Origin: Utricularia gibba
Taxonomy: Eukaryota > Plantae > Magnoliophyta
Length of the DNA: 64,000 nt
Assembly (NCBI GenBank): GCA_002189035.1
Contig: NEEC01000017.1
Span: forward strand, 558,001 to 622,000
Direction: 5' to 3'
Part shown: piece after piece, positions 37,996 to 51,190 of the stretch
Layout of the letters: each line of letters opens with the position of its first letter
Position numbering within the stretch: the first letter of the stretch is position 1
Translations under genes and position numbers: made by a program
Notes under the pieces: model-generated
What the model was told of the DNA's origin: nothing
Database searches by the model: none
Seen by the model: the letters and a program-made list of their open reading frames with translations, nothing else

Positions 37996-38555
37996 TCAGC
38001 CCGAACCGCCAATTCCCGCACCGAATCCACTACCTTGTCCGAACCCACCTGTAAAGCCTCCACCTCCGCTTCCACCACCGCCACCTCCTCCCGCACCGAT
38101 CGCACCACCAGGACCGCCGATGCCTACACCTGCACCAAATCCGCTACCTTGCCCAAACCCCCCTCCGGGACCTCCACCACCGCTTCCACCGCCGCCGCCT
38201 CCTCCAGCACCAATCCCACCACCTGGACCGCCGATCCCTACGCCACCACCGAATCCGCTACCTTGCCCAAACCCTCCTCCGGGACCCCCACCACCGCTTC
38301 CACCGCCGCCGCCTCCCCCGGCACCAAAACCTCCACCGGGACCACTACTGCCTACACCAGCACCGAATCCGCTGCCCTGTCCGAATCCCCCACCGGGGCC
38401 TCCGAATCCGCCTCCACTTCCACCACCACCACCAGCTCCAAAGCCACCCCCTGCCCTTCTCCCCCAATCAGACTGTCCAAAACAGTTTGCACTCAAACTC
38501 AGACCCAGAATTAGAAGAACCCCAGAGCAGATTGCCATCTCCTCGAGTAACCCAT
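37996..38555 (-). CDS. G10: type A glycine-rich protein (186 aa after restoring 1 bp in the signal-peptide codons)
   Basis: ATG GGT TAC TCG AGG AGA TGG as in G12 and G17; TTCCTTCTA reads TTCTTCTA at ~38517; the remainder is open to GIGGSG-stop. Confidence 0.72.
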
Positions 38556-38681
38556 TTCTCACACACCACACCTCACTCCTCCGTTGATGCCGATATGCCT
38601 CCCCAGGGCAATGTATTTATAGTGCACATCCACCATGCAACACATAGCAGGTCAACGAGAGAGTCCCCGCTGGGTTGTTGG

Positions 38682-38691
38682 GCATTAAATG
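38682..38691. promoter_or_regulatory. GCATTAAATG site upstream of G10, flanked by W-boxes
   Basis: 127 bp from the ATG; GGTCAA 38650-38655, AGTCAA 38707-38712, TATA ~38614-38620. Confidence 0.55.
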
Positions 38692-40622
38692 ACACTACAC
38701 TCTCAAAGTCAAGCAACTGCTCCGATCCCTCCCATTTCACATGGAAAAAATAGAATGTGAAAGCATGGAAAAGGAGACGCGATCGACATAAGTTTGTGGT
38801 GATTCTTGTGCATCAATTTGAATTCTTATGAACCAAATTTTTTTGATGAAAATAAATGTCCTAGAAGTATAAAAATGCGTACATAAATCTAAAAAATAGA
38901 GAAGTGTTAGGATTATACTTTTTAAATATTATATACAAAAGATTAAAGATGATCACTTTTTTAAGCAATATTGTATTTATTGGAAATATGGTGTGAGAGA
39001 CAAGGTGTTAAATCCCACATTGTTACTTGAAACTCATTTAAACTAGTTCATATAAGATGATATAGTTCTAAACTTCTCCGGTCTAAGAATGAGTTGGGAT
39101 TTATTTATTAAATCGCTTTGGGTTTGAGAAGAGCCCCCTGAAACCCAAAACATTGATTTCTGTAGACCCAGAACATGTGCTCGAAGATTCTCTTGAATCT
39201 TGGAGAATTGAAAAACCATTTAGGACATCGACATGTCTGAGGATTTCGTCATATATGATTCGTATAATCATGTTCAAATACACATGTATCTTTACGCTTT
39301 GCAATATTCAAAACGAAGCGAATATTGTATTCTGATGATTACATTTTCTCTTATTATACTGTATTATCTGAATGTCACTATTGATATGCACCAATTTATC
39401 ATAAAATGTCACATGCATAGTGTAATTCGTCATTAATGTTTTGTAATTTGCACACATTAATTATCTACAATAATTATTGTCAGTTCTAATTTGCAATAAA
39501 CTCAATTGCACCTATTTTCAAAGCCCACTTAGAATGATAGTATTCATTTTTTTTTTCAAGAACCATGTGGTATTTACAACTCAAATATGGGGATTCGGCA
39601 AATGTTCCAAATTCCTGCACGGGATATGTGAGTGCATGTAACAACTGACAAAGTGTATAAATTTGTAATTGTTGTTGATTTTTATAACTAAAAGTTTCTT
39701 TTAGATTCAGAATAATTGTGTCAATAGTTACTATTGTTTACACAAATGACATAATTTAAGTTGAATATATATGTAATCCATTCATTGATGAATAGAATTG
39801 TAGAGTCAATATTGTTTGTTGATGATGATATTGTTGATGCTTTTAATGGTCTGGTCAAAGATCATTGATTTTAATATATTGATGTAAAAACTAGTCATAA
39901 CTGAAAGAAGATGCGTAGCTCACAAACTAGAAGCCTTGTTTTAGATTGAAGATGCAAAAATGTGATATGTTGTTTTTTACTCAACATGAAGCATAAGAAT
40001 TATCTCATCACAATTTAACAATAACTTGTACTCATGTACATTATTTTATTTTGTCAGCACATATTAATATACCACTTTTTAATTAAATAAATAATAATTG
40101 CAACTATTTTCAGGAATCCATGCCATCCACTAATCTAACCAAATTTCCATCCTATGGGTTCCAATTCATACAAAGGGAATATCTGCCCCGTTAAGGAAAG
40201 ATCATGTGACTTATTACAAACGGAATGCTTTTCGAATGCCCAGGATCTTCCAAATTATGTTTGGTTCATCCCAAGACTGTTGATTAAAGGTGTATATTAT
40301 CAAAGAGGTTCAGGGTTTTTGAAATCAGTAAGTAAAGATGTGTTTGATATAAAGTTTTTAAAAAAATTGATAAATTGTATATTAAATAATAAAGATATAA
40401 GAAACACCTCCTTTTAAAATATCGAAAGAAAAAAAATGTTTTGTAAATAAAAATATTTATATTTAATTTGAAGGATAGAATAAGATAAACCATAAGCATA
40501 ACTACCTGAGCATCTTTCACAACTAAAGTGACTGAATTTGGCACAGTATACAACACAAACTTGCACATCAGAAACATAGTGTGTACGGCCATAACTTGAG
40601 CATCCTTCTCAACAAAGGTGAA

Positions 40623-41432
40623 TCAATTTGAACCCCCGATTCCGGCACCAAATCCACTGGCTTGCACAAATGTGCCTCGGAAGTCCCCACTTCCACTTCC
40701 ACCGCCGCCGCCTCCTCCGGCACCGATCGCACCACCAGGACCACCGATCCCTACTCCAGCACCAAACCCACTGCCTTGCCCAAATCCCCCACCAGGAAAT
40801 CCACCTCCACTTCCACCGCCGCCTCCTCCTCCGGCACCGATCGCACCACCAGGACCTCCTAGTCCAACACCTGCACCAAACCCGCTGCCTTGTCCAAATC
40901 CTCCCCCAGGGCCACCACCTCCACTTCCACCACCCCCACCTCCTCCGGCACCGATTCCACCACCTGGACCGCCGGTCCCAATACCAGCACCGAATCCGCT
41001 TCCCTGCCCGAACCCCCCACCGGGACCTCCACCTCCACTTCCACCACCCCCGCCTCCTCCGGCACCGATTCCACCACCTGGGCCGCCGGTCCCAATACCA
41101 GCACCGAATCCGCTTCCCTGCCCGAACCCCCCACCGGGACCTCCACCTCCACTTCCACCACCGCCACCTCCTCCAGCACCTATTCCACCTCCAGGACCAC
41201 CACTACCAATACCACCACCGAATCCGCTACCTTGCCCGAATCCCCCACCAGGGCCTCTGAACACCCCTCCACTTCCGCCACCGCCGGCAGCTCCAAAGCC
41301 ACTTCCTACCCTCCTTGTACCCCATCCGTAACCCCCCCTCCATTCAGATTGAGCAGAAGAAATTGCACTCCAGCTCAGCCCCAGAATTAGAAGCAAACCC
41401 AATGCAGAAATCCTTTTCTGTGAGAACCCCAT
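40623..41432 (-). CDS. G11: intact type B secreted glycine-rich protein, 269 aa
   Basis: MGFSQKRISALGLLLILGLSWSAISSA-QSEWRGGYGWGTRR; five GQGS units plus one degenerate unit; ends GIGGSN-stop; TATA CTATAAATATA near 41480-41490. Confidence 0.92.
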   Translation of the reverse strand: MGFSQKRISALGLLLILGLSWSAISSAQSEWRGGYGWGTRRVGSGFGAAGGGGSGGVFRGPGGGFGQGSGFGGGIGSGGPGGGIGAGGGGGGGSGGGGPGGGFGQGSGFGAGIGTGGPGGGIGAGGGGGGGSGGGGPGGGFGQGSGFGAGIGTGGPGGGIGAGGGGGGGSGGGGPGGGFGQGSGFGAGVGLGGPGGAIGAGGGGGGGSGGGFPGGGFGQGSGFGAGVGIGGPGGAIGAGGGGGGGSGSGDFRGTFVQASGFGAGIGGSN

Positions 41433-42235
41433 ATCAAAACTCACTTCACTTTGCATGGTCGATATTCCTCCAAGCGCCATATATTTATAGTCCACAGGCA
41501 CACTGGAATAGTCAATGACCTGGGAAAGAGCATTCAATGACACCACACCGCAATGTCAAACTTATCCGCAATCTTACAATTTTGACTTCTAAAGAAAATG
41601 AATGCCGACTTTGGGCTCTGTGAACCATTTGTATCATCAACTAATTTCTCATTGATATTCAATAAAGTGCCTTCCATTTCATCAAGTTATTCAAATTAAA
41701 CACTCAATATGTTAAGCATCGTGATGTTACTGGTTAGCAGAGCAGAAAAAATCTTCTCCCAAAAAATATTATAATCCCCACACGCATCAAATAGAAAAAT
41801 TCATTTTCTTATAAACTGACTAAAGAAGTTTTAAAAATGGCTTCACTCAAACGTCTATAAGTCTCATGAAATAACTTCGGAGGTTGTCTCCTAGCGGCCG
41901 TACCCCTACTGAGTTCAAACCAGAGAGTCAAGATTTCGTGTTCCAATGCTGACTCATGAATCAACTGCCGACATGTGCTACTTTGTCCGAGTTTCATACT
42001 TGGTCATTTGGTGAAGATTAGTTCACATGATGTCATCAAAACCCATATTATAATTATAGTTTACACTCAGTGGTTTCGAGTTTGAACCAACCGATTCATA
42101 TAAATTATAGTTCCATAATTGTAAAAATATCGATTCTTATTCGAAATTGGAATCTTGATGCTGAAATCTAGTTGGAACTGCAATCCCACGTTTTAGTTTG
42201 AGTCACGGTTCATATTCAAATTGACCCCAACACTA

Positions 42236-42500
42236 TCAAATATGATGTGTTTTATGAACTAAAACATCTTCACTTTTTAGGTAGCGGGCGGGCGGGAAGT
42301 GTGTGCAAAGTGCTTAGTCTAGTTCAAATATGATGTGTTTTATGAACTAAAACATCTTCACTTTTTAGGTAGCGGGCGGGCGGGAAGTGTGTGCAAAGTG
42401 CTTAGTCTAGTTCAAATATGATGTGTTTTATGAACTAAAACATCTTCACTTTTTAGGTAGCGGGCGGGCGGGAAGTGTGTGCAAAGTGCTTAGTCTAGTT
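42236..42500. repeat. Perfect tandem repeat, 3 x 88 bp
   Basis: Unit TCAAATATGATGTG...GGTAGCGGGCGGGCGGGAAGTG...CTAGT starts at 42236, 42324 and 42412. Confidence 0.95.
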
Positions 42501-43078
42501 GGGCTTAGCGGGTTTTCAAGGTTGTTCAGCAGTTACACGCACTGTGTGGCTTTGGGTGGCAACATGATGTGGTATTGTGGCTCAAGGAAGATAGTGTGAA
42601 TTATGTGTGGTTTCGATGGAGTGCTGGACTTCTTCCTTACTTATTGTTGGGGTTTTACCGGGTTAAAAGCTGTGTTTTACTTGTTTTGTTCATCAATCAT
42701 ATGTACCATAAAGTCCATAGAGTGCATAACAAATGTTTACACCAACACTTAATTTTAGTAGGGGAACTTAACACAGCATCAGTTTTTCAGGTTAACAACT
42801 GGTATTAGAGATAACTGTGAATAAAATACATGGTATGCCCAATTTTACTGTAAGGATCATTCATGTTCGTATATGTTAAAGATTGAAATTTTACATGATG
42901 GTGTATTTGGAAGCTTGATCGAAAATAAGAAAAGTAAAGAAAAACACACAGATTTTACGTGAAACCTCGAAGTGAAAGAAAACCACGGACAATGAAACCG
43001 TCCACTATACAAAAAAAGAAATTAATTTAGTTACAATACACACAGGAAACACAATGACACAAGAAAAAAGAAAAATAA

Positions 43079-43618
43079 TGTTGATGGGGGATAAATCAGT
43101 AGAGCGTAATCGACTTCTAAAAGGTAGTCAAAAGATATTCTAAGGGGATAATGCCAGTCGACAGACCGATATCTGTCAGATTTCTGATAGATATGGCCGT
43201 ATGGCACAATCTGAAAAGCGGCCGAATTACGATATAACAAGCGGGCGATATCTGAAAAGCGAGATCGTATAGCAAGTGCAGAAAGCAACCGATATTTGCA
43301 GACGTCAGGATTCGACTAGATTGAGCTCTTCTATAAATAGAATAAATCATTACGGAGAAAGGGTTGGACCCGAAGAACTCTTCAACTAGTACCATCTTCT
43401 CTACCACCTCCGTCTAGTGGAAATCTTTTTCGGCGATCTCCGATAGCTCCGTGGTTTTTCCGTTTTCTGGCGGTTTCCACGTAAATATCTTTGCTTACTC
43501 TTACCTCAATTGATCAAACCAAACCCATCGCAAAAAAACGCAACTAAGTGCGATATTCCTGACTACCCTTATCACCATAAAATCGGCTTCATCTTGAATA
43601 TCGATTTTATCCGTAACA
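43079..43618 (+). mobile_element. Probable solo LTR remnant (about 540 bp)
   Basis: TGTTGATG...CCGTAACA termini, CTATAAATAG near 43330, and a CCGTGGTTTTTCC...GGTTTCCACGTAAA motif common in copia LTRs; no TSD found. Confidence 0.5.
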
Positions 43619-46175
43619 GATGTAACTTTAAAATCCTTGAAATAAATGTCTTATATCTCTACTCATATCATGTTATGTAAGAGATACATTATGTATTGTT
43701 GTTGAGTTAAATTATAATGGCCCATCACTTGTCCCTCAAGCACTAAGGAATCCGATTCTAAAAGATTACATCTAAAAGTGATAGCAATTATTAACCTATA
43801 CATAGATAACAATCTCTCATATAGAATTAGTTCTGAAGTTTTTTGTGATGTATTTCAGTTCTATAGCTTTTGTTTCTATTGTCATGGCACCATGATTGCT
43901 GTAGAAAGTCTTATTATTGAAAGCGATATACCAATAATTCAAACCACGACTTTTGTTTTTTTTTCTTGTTGTTGGAAAACTTTGCCCAAGCATCCCCATG
44001 GATAAACTCACTGCCACTGAAAAAAAAAAACGCAGAGTCAACTCGAAGATGCAGCAGTTGACTCATGATGCCAACTTCGTATCAGTACCTACATGTCTTT
44101 TTTTTCTAGGTTTCAAACCTAATTATTGTGCTGTCTAATCATTGCCATTGAAAATAAAACTTTATTTTAATCTTTTTGTTAATTTTCCCTTTCAGAAACA
44201 AGATTTGCAAGTTGGCTGAAACATTTTATTGTTAAAATGATAAGTCTAATTTTCTTTTGCTTGATAAATATCAGGATAAATTATATGCGAAAATTGCGTT
44301 GCTTTGTTATTATATTACAGGGATGAGTGTAATAAGATCTTCAATTAATTACTTCCTAAATCAAAAGTATTTACGTGATTGAAAATTAAACAAAAATAAG
44401 GTTTTCTTAGTGGGACTGGCTCTTGTTTCATCACAACATCTCATCCTCCAAGATATATATGGGCACCAAATCTGCTGTATTCAAATTAAGGATTCAATGA
44501 GTTGGATGAATACGTATGAAATTCAAGTCTATAGAAAAAATTAATCATATTTGAAAAAAATTAAACTCAATCAATTACTAATTATTCATAATTTCTTATA
44601 TATTTCATCATATCACTTTAATGTTTCAATATGTATTTGTTTGCTCTGCCCCAAATGGAATTAATCTTGGTTCATTTAAAAAAAAAATTTTAGATTGTAA
44701 GTAGTGATTTGGTGATAAGTCGATCTAATTTTTGTTATATAAATTCAATGCACTTTCTTGTTTTTTTTATATTAGAGCAAATAAATGTATATCGAAAAAT
44801 AAAAATAATATGATTAAATATATTTGAGATTGTACACTATTATTAATAGATTGTACCTAATATTTTCATTTATAATCTATGCTATTGCTGTACTTAAGCT
44901 TCGCATATGTTCACTGAAGTTATTAAATCTTTAATTTCAATATGATATTAAAAGATTTGTCTTGCAATATGGTTGGGTGGCCGAAATGGGACTATGATTT
45001 TCAGTTAAAAAAAAATAAAAAAATAAACACAAAATAACATAATTGACACAAAAACATGAAATTCAGTTAATGGCCTATGCGGGAAATCCCAAGCACATAA
45101 CAGAATCCACGAAACCAGGATTGATGAGTTGCCCTCTTCCAATGGTTGTGGAGATTTTATTCCTTAACAACAATCTGATTTTCCAACGTAATCTTACAGC
45201 ATAGCATCAGCTTGTCCCACTCAAGCAGCTTCCCACTTGATTTGTACGGCTGGTATCCTTGAGACTCGTTGCAAAACCCCTGAACCCGATCAGCCTCAAT
45301 TGGGAGAAAACCCTCAGCCCTGATACTTGTTGCTACCGACAATTTGACAGGGAAAAAAACAATGTCAAAAGAGAGCTCATCGCTGAACTCTGGAGGCGCC
45401 GATTCTTATATTATCAGAAAGAGTGCAGCATCTTGTATTCAATAATTGATTAATTATACAATAAATTCCTTTGGGTCACACTCTTCATTTTGTTTTATTG
45501 TGTTTGGAAGCAAAATAATACCTACAAAAGTAAATGAGAAAATAATTACTCTTGGCTAATTCACTGCCGACGTCGAGGGCCCTCGTTGACTTCGTCCACC
45601 AAAATGATTGTCAACGTGGACCCCACTTGTAAACTTGAAAACTGCATGCTATTCTCTGCGTCGAAGGTTCTGGTCGGCAGGGGGTTTCTCCTGTTTCGGA
45701 TCAGCAAGTTTTTATGGGTACATTGAAAGCATGCTGATCCAAGTGATCCAGACGTTGTGAATTCTTATCTGAAAAAGAAGCTCAATTAATTTTAATATGG
45801 GGTAAGTGACGAATCTCGCGGAGTTTTAGATAGAGAAACACCCCGGTACAGAGATGCATGAGGCCTGATCCGGGTGATGGAAGGGTTTTCGAGATCAATG
45901 GATTTCTTTCGTTTGTGTGGTGCAATTCATTTACTGTATGCACGAGGAAGCTGGTTATTCATTTGATCAAGAAACCGCATGCAGTCACATCATTGCAACC
46001 AATCTGCATCATAGTTTTGATTTGCTGTGAAAATGGACAGCCTCTTAAAAGGTAGAGCGAACTTACTTCATAATTATCATTCTAATTTGTAAAGGTAGAT
46101 GCATGACATGCGATACGAAAGCTACAACTATGCGTTCGTAGTGAATGTGCTTTCACTTCGAGCAAAGCGTATGTT

Positions 46176-46849
46176 TCAACCCGAACCGCCAATTCCGGCC
46201 CCGAATCCACTACCTTGTCCGAACCCACCTCTAAAGCCTCCACCTCCACTTCCACCACCGCCGCCTCCTCCTGCACCGATCGCACCCCCACGACCGCCTA
46301 TGCCTACACCCGCGCCAAATCCGCTACCTTGCCCAAATCCTCCACCGGGACCTCCACCACCGCTTCCACCGCCACCGCCTCCTCCAGCACCGATCCCACC
46401 ACCTGGACCGCCGATGCCTACGCCACCACCGAATCCGCTACCTTGTCCAAATCCTCCTCCGGGACCTCCACCACCGCTTCCACCGCCGCCGCCTCCTCCG
46501 GCACCGATTCCACCACCTGGACCACCACTACCTATTCCACCACCGAATCCGCTACCTTGCCCAAACCCCCTCCGGGGCCTCCACCACCACTTCCTCCGCC
46601 GCCTCCTCCACCGGCACCGAAACCTCCACCGGGGCCACCACTTCCTATACCAGCACCGAATCCGCTGCCCTGTCCGAACCCCCCACCGGGGCCTCCGAAT
46701 CCACCTCCACTTCCACCACCACCACCAGCTCCAAAGCCACCTCCTGCCCTTCTTCCCCAATCAGACTGTCCAAAACAGTTTGCACTCAAACTCAGACCCA
46801 GAATTAGAAGGAACCCCAGAGCAGATTGCCATCTCCTCGAGTAACCCAT
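46176..46849 (-). CDS. G12: type A glycine-rich protein (224 aa after restoring one 1-bp deletion)
   Basis: MGYSRRWQSALGFLLILGLSLSANCFG-QSDWGRR; break in a G run at ~46568; one more 38-aa unit than the other A copies. Confidence 0.72.
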
Positions 46850-46975
46850 TTCTCAGACACCACACCTCACTCCTCTGTTGATGCCGATATGCCTCCCCAC
46901 GGCAATGTATTTATAGTGCGCATCTACCATGCAACACATAGCAGGTCAACGAGAGAGTCCTCGCTGGGTTGTTGG

Positions 46976-46985
46976 GCATTAAATG
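46976..46985. promoter_or_regulatory. GCATTAAATG site upstream of G12
   Basis: 127 bp from the ATG, same W-box spacing as G10. Confidence 0.55.
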
Positions 46986-48263
46986 GCACTACACTATCAA
47001 AGTCAAGCAACTGTTCCCATCCATTTTTCTCCTATTTCACATGGAAAAATAGAATGTGAAATGTGGACTCACTTCATCTCCCCAATCATCATATTGCTGA
47101 AATACTCTATTTTTTTTTTATCAAGCAAATGGAGTTGTCAAACTTTATACTATCGAAAGCAGGGAAAAGGGAAACGCGATCGATATGATTTTGTGGGGAT
47201 TCATATGCACCAATTATTGTCACTTCTAATTTGCAATAACGCCAATGGCAACTACTTTCAAAGCCGACGTATTACAAGAATATTTTAATGAAAATTTCAA
47301 GAATGGTGAGTTGTTTACAATTCCATTTGGCAATTTCGCCAAATTCCCAACAGGGGTATTACATGGCTCAGAAAGTTTATAAGTCTGTAATCAGTGTTGA
47401 TCCTTATAATTGTAAGTTTTTTCTTTCAAGTTTTGACTTATATGATTGCGTAATTCGATTTATTTCTCTAGAATTCATATTTTTGCGTTTTTTTTTTGAA
47501 AATTTCATATTAAGGATCTTAGAGTAGTGAAGCAGAAATTTCATAAATTTGTTTAATAAAACCAACAATAACAACAAACCTCTATCAAAGTTTTGGAAGG
47601 TATAACTAGATGTGAATATTATAAATACCTAAACTGTCACTTAATGAATAGGAGGGAGAGTATATGTTGGTTGATGATGATATTTTTTTATTTGTGTAAT
47701 GATGTAGCTCAAAATATTTGAATTTTAGGAAATCAGAATATGGTGACACAATAATTGCCAACCAAAAAATAAGAATGACGTTAAAAAATATTAGATTTAA
47801 TCAATTAATATTTATATATAATATATTATATAAGATTAGACATTTTTTGAGTTTTTTTAAGATATTTTTTTATGATGGTAGCTATTACTCGAATTATAAA
47901 ACGATTTAATTTTAATCGACTAAATTCAAGGTATGTTCTTTTTTTATGATTGTGTGTATTGATATAGTCATATATATATTTAATTTTTTAATCTAAAATT
48001 GTTTGCTTAAATAAATATTATAATTTGTAGTCGTATATATTATTTGGGTTTTATTGAACCATATTAACTTTAACTTTAGTAAATAAAAATGGAAGCTATT
48101 CATAAATGCATACACCAAAATTCGTATATCAGTATAAGTATCTCATCGTCCATGACTAGGAATCATGTAACAAAAAGAGAAAATGGCACATCAGAAGCAT
48201 AAAATGTAGGTTATAGTGTATGAACTGAAGCCAAACATGACCATCTTTCAGAACTAAAGTGAA

Positions 48264-48844
48264 TCAATTTGAACCCCCGATTCCGGCACCGAATCCGCTG
48301 ACTTGCACAAATGTGCCTCGAAAGTCCCCACCTCCACTTCCACTGCCGCCGCCTCCTCCGGCACCGATCGCACCACCAGGACCGCCTATCCCTACGCCAG
48401 CACCGAACCCACTGCCTTGTCCAAATCCCCCACCAGGAAATCCACCTCCGATTCCACCGCCGCCTCCTCCTCCGGCACCGATCGAACCACCAGGACCTCC
48501 GTTTCCAACACCTGCACCGAATCCACTTCCTTGCCCAAACCCCCCACCGAGACCTCCACCTCCACTCCCGCACCGCCGCCTCCTCCGACACCTATTCCTC
48601 CTCCTGGACCACCACTACCTATACCACCACCGAATCCGCTACCTTGGCCGAAGCCCCCACCAGGGCCACTGAACACGCCTCCACTTCCACCACCAGCAGC
48701 AGCTCCAAAGCCGCTTCCTACCCTCCTTGAACCCCATCCGTAGCCACCCCTCCACTCATATTGAGCAGAACAAATTGCACTCCAGCTCAGCCCCAGAATC
48801 AGAAGCAAACCCAATGCAGAAACCCTTTTCTGTGAGAACCCCAT
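48264..48844 (-). CDS. G13: type B glycine-rich protein (193 aa after restoring one 1-bp deletion)
   Basis: MGFSQKRVSALGLLLILGLSWSAICSA-QYEWRGGYGWGSRR; break at ~48570; 581 nt versus 582 nt for intact G18. Confidence 0.72.
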
Positions 48845-49335
48845 ATCAAAAGTCACTCACTTCACTCTGCATGTCGATATTCCTCCAAGCGCCATGTATT
48901 TATAGTCCACAGGCACACTCTAATGGTCAATGACACCACACTCGCAATGTCAAACTAATCGGCAATCTTACAATTTTGACTTCTAAAGAAAATGAATGCC
49001 GACTTTGGGCTCTGTGAACCATTTTTATCACCAATTCATTTCTCATTAATATCAGAAAAAGTTCCATGTATTTCATCTAATTCATCAAATTTAACAATCA
49101 ATAGGTTTAGTAAAGCAACAAAAAACTTGTCCGAAAAATATTCTATTCCCCAACAGGCCTCAAATAAAAAAATCATTTTTTCTTATATAAAAAAGTTTTA
49201 AAAATGGTCTCTCTCAAACGGACAATGTATATTACGTCATATGAAAATAACTTGGGAAGTTGTCTCCTTGGGGCCGTACCCATACCCAGTTCAAACCAGA
49301 GAGTCAAATTTCGTATTACAGGGCTGACAAAAAAT

Positions 49336-50432
49336 TGAAAGGATATGTAGCTCTCTAACTTGGAGCCTCTTTGGAGGAGATATGTAGCTCTCTAACTTGG
49401 AGCCTCTTCTAGTCACTGAACTATAACTGATATTATTGTATCTGTTTTTCTGAAAAGAAATCTACTCGTTACAGGTGTGATTCAGTACTTATAGAGTTTT
49501 TCCCAACGGCTATAAATGTTACCGTTGCACAAGTGGTGGAGGTTGGTTGCTCATGATCCCATGTATTGCGAGTTAGGCTGGGCTGGTTTGAGCCCCCCCC
49601 TGTGGCCTTTCCAAAGCTTAGGTGGGCCTTGTTTGTTCCGGTGGTCCATGGTTTTAGCTCATTTCAGCGGCCTTCTTGTTCCTCGAACCCTAGCCACATT
49701 CTTTCCCCTTCGTGAGACTCAGCGTGATGACTCTGGCCAATCACATCATCCTTCAACACTCCACCTTGATGGTTTGGCTCTGAGTTGCCTTCATATCGAT
49801 ATATGGAGCGGCTGTTCTTCAGACCCATCTTCTCCCTCAAATAGCAAAATTGTTTTGGGTACATCAGCTTCGTAAGCGGATCTGCTACCTGTTCGATCGA
49901 GGGTATGTACTCCACCTCAATCACCTTGCTCCTTACATAGCTGCGGAGTGCATGATATTTGATCGCTATGTGTTTATATCGACCGAAGTCCACTGGATTC
50001 TTTGCCATGCTGATAGTTGATTTGTTATCTATATTGAGCGGTATGGTTCTGTCCAGATCCATCTGTAAATCCTTGAGAATTTTCAGTAGCCAAGCAGCGT
50101 GGTTTGCTGCCGTTGCTGCCGCTATGTATTCCGCTTCTGCCGATGACTGGGCAACCACTTCTTGTTTTTTGCTGTTCCAAGCAAAAGCGGTTCCCCCAAG
50201 TAAGAAGATGTAACCAGATGTCGATTTGTAGTCGGTAGTGTCACCTGCAAAATCACTGTCCACAAAACACTTGATGTGTGGGTTAGAATTTTTCTTGTAA
50301 GCTAACCTGAGGTTTGCGGTGCATCTCACATAATTAAGTACTTTCTTTGCAGCTTCATAGTGGTTCTGGTGTGGGTTTCCCAGAAATCTGGAGAGTAGTC
50401 CAACCGGAAAAGCAATATTCGGTCTAGTTGAG
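49336..50432 (-). mobile_element. Ty1/copia 3' fragment: RT end, RNase H, PPT and 3' LTR (49336-49758)
   Basis: TRPNIAFPVGLLSRFLGNP, then CFVDSDFAGD...AQSSAEAEYIAA...NIDNKSTISMAKNPV..GRYKHI...QVADPLTK; PPT CAAGGTGGAG then TGTTGAAGG; the LTR ends CCTTTCA and holds a 29-bp internal duplication. Confidence 0.92.
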
Positions 50433-50737
50433 TGATGAACTGATCCTGATGAATCTGGTCAAACCCTCCGAGAGAGAGGAAATCGCACAGCAAGAGGATT
50501 GGGAAGATGGAAACAACGATGGGCCAGAAATCGAGTGATAACCATGCAGGCTGTACCAACAACCTACCGGGCTGGACTCGACAGACCCAATCACACTTGT
50601 GAGCGGCCCAAGATAGGGACTTCCAACGGCTACAAATATAACCGTTAGACCTGGGGTGCGACTCAGCACTTAAGTATAAATATGAACTAAAACCAGATGT
50701 AAAGCAGTAAATTTTGTGTGTCAAAAGGAACGTTACA
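50433..50737 (+). mobile_element. Possible unrelated LTR remnant truncating the copia fragment
   Basis: TGATGAAC...CGTTACA termini and TATAAATA near 50676; no TSD, no coding support. Confidence 0.35.
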
Positions 50738-51190
50738 ATATTTTCTCTCAACCTGTTGCTCCCCAAGCCTTTCAATGTCTAGCTTCAAGTTCGGAAGCTC
50801 AAAACCAAGCTAGGCTTCAAGTTCGGATGCTACAAAATCGTTTCCTCCTTTCAGAAGTCTATAGTGAGGAAGAAGAAGATGAAAGTAACATGAATCTGTT
50901 GAATAAAGACCTAATGAATTGTAAAGGAAAAAAGCTCCAAAATAAATAACGTACAAAGCAAAGAAATGAATCCCAAGACTAAATAATTATTCAAGTCCAT
51001 CATTTGATGTTGTCATATAAACCAAGAACGGTGTATGAGAAATCCTCAATGGTTGCACAACAACTAGTTTAATATCTCAGTCTATAAATTTTGCAAAGGG
51101 AAGGAAACATGCGACACATGACATGGGATACGAAAGCTACAATTATGCGTTCTTAGTGAATGCGCTTTCACTTCGACCAGAGCGCATGCT

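Noticed and set aside
42236-42500. CRISPR-like array
   Set aside because: Units are contiguous and identical with no spacers, there are no cas genes, and the context is eukaryotic.
45560-46075. Short ORFs (MRPDPGDGRVF...) in the block repeated downstream of type A genes (also ~37.3-37.9, 55.5-56.0 and 58.3-58.6 kb)
   Set aside because: Reading frames and stops are not conserved between copies; recurrence is explained by cassette duplication.
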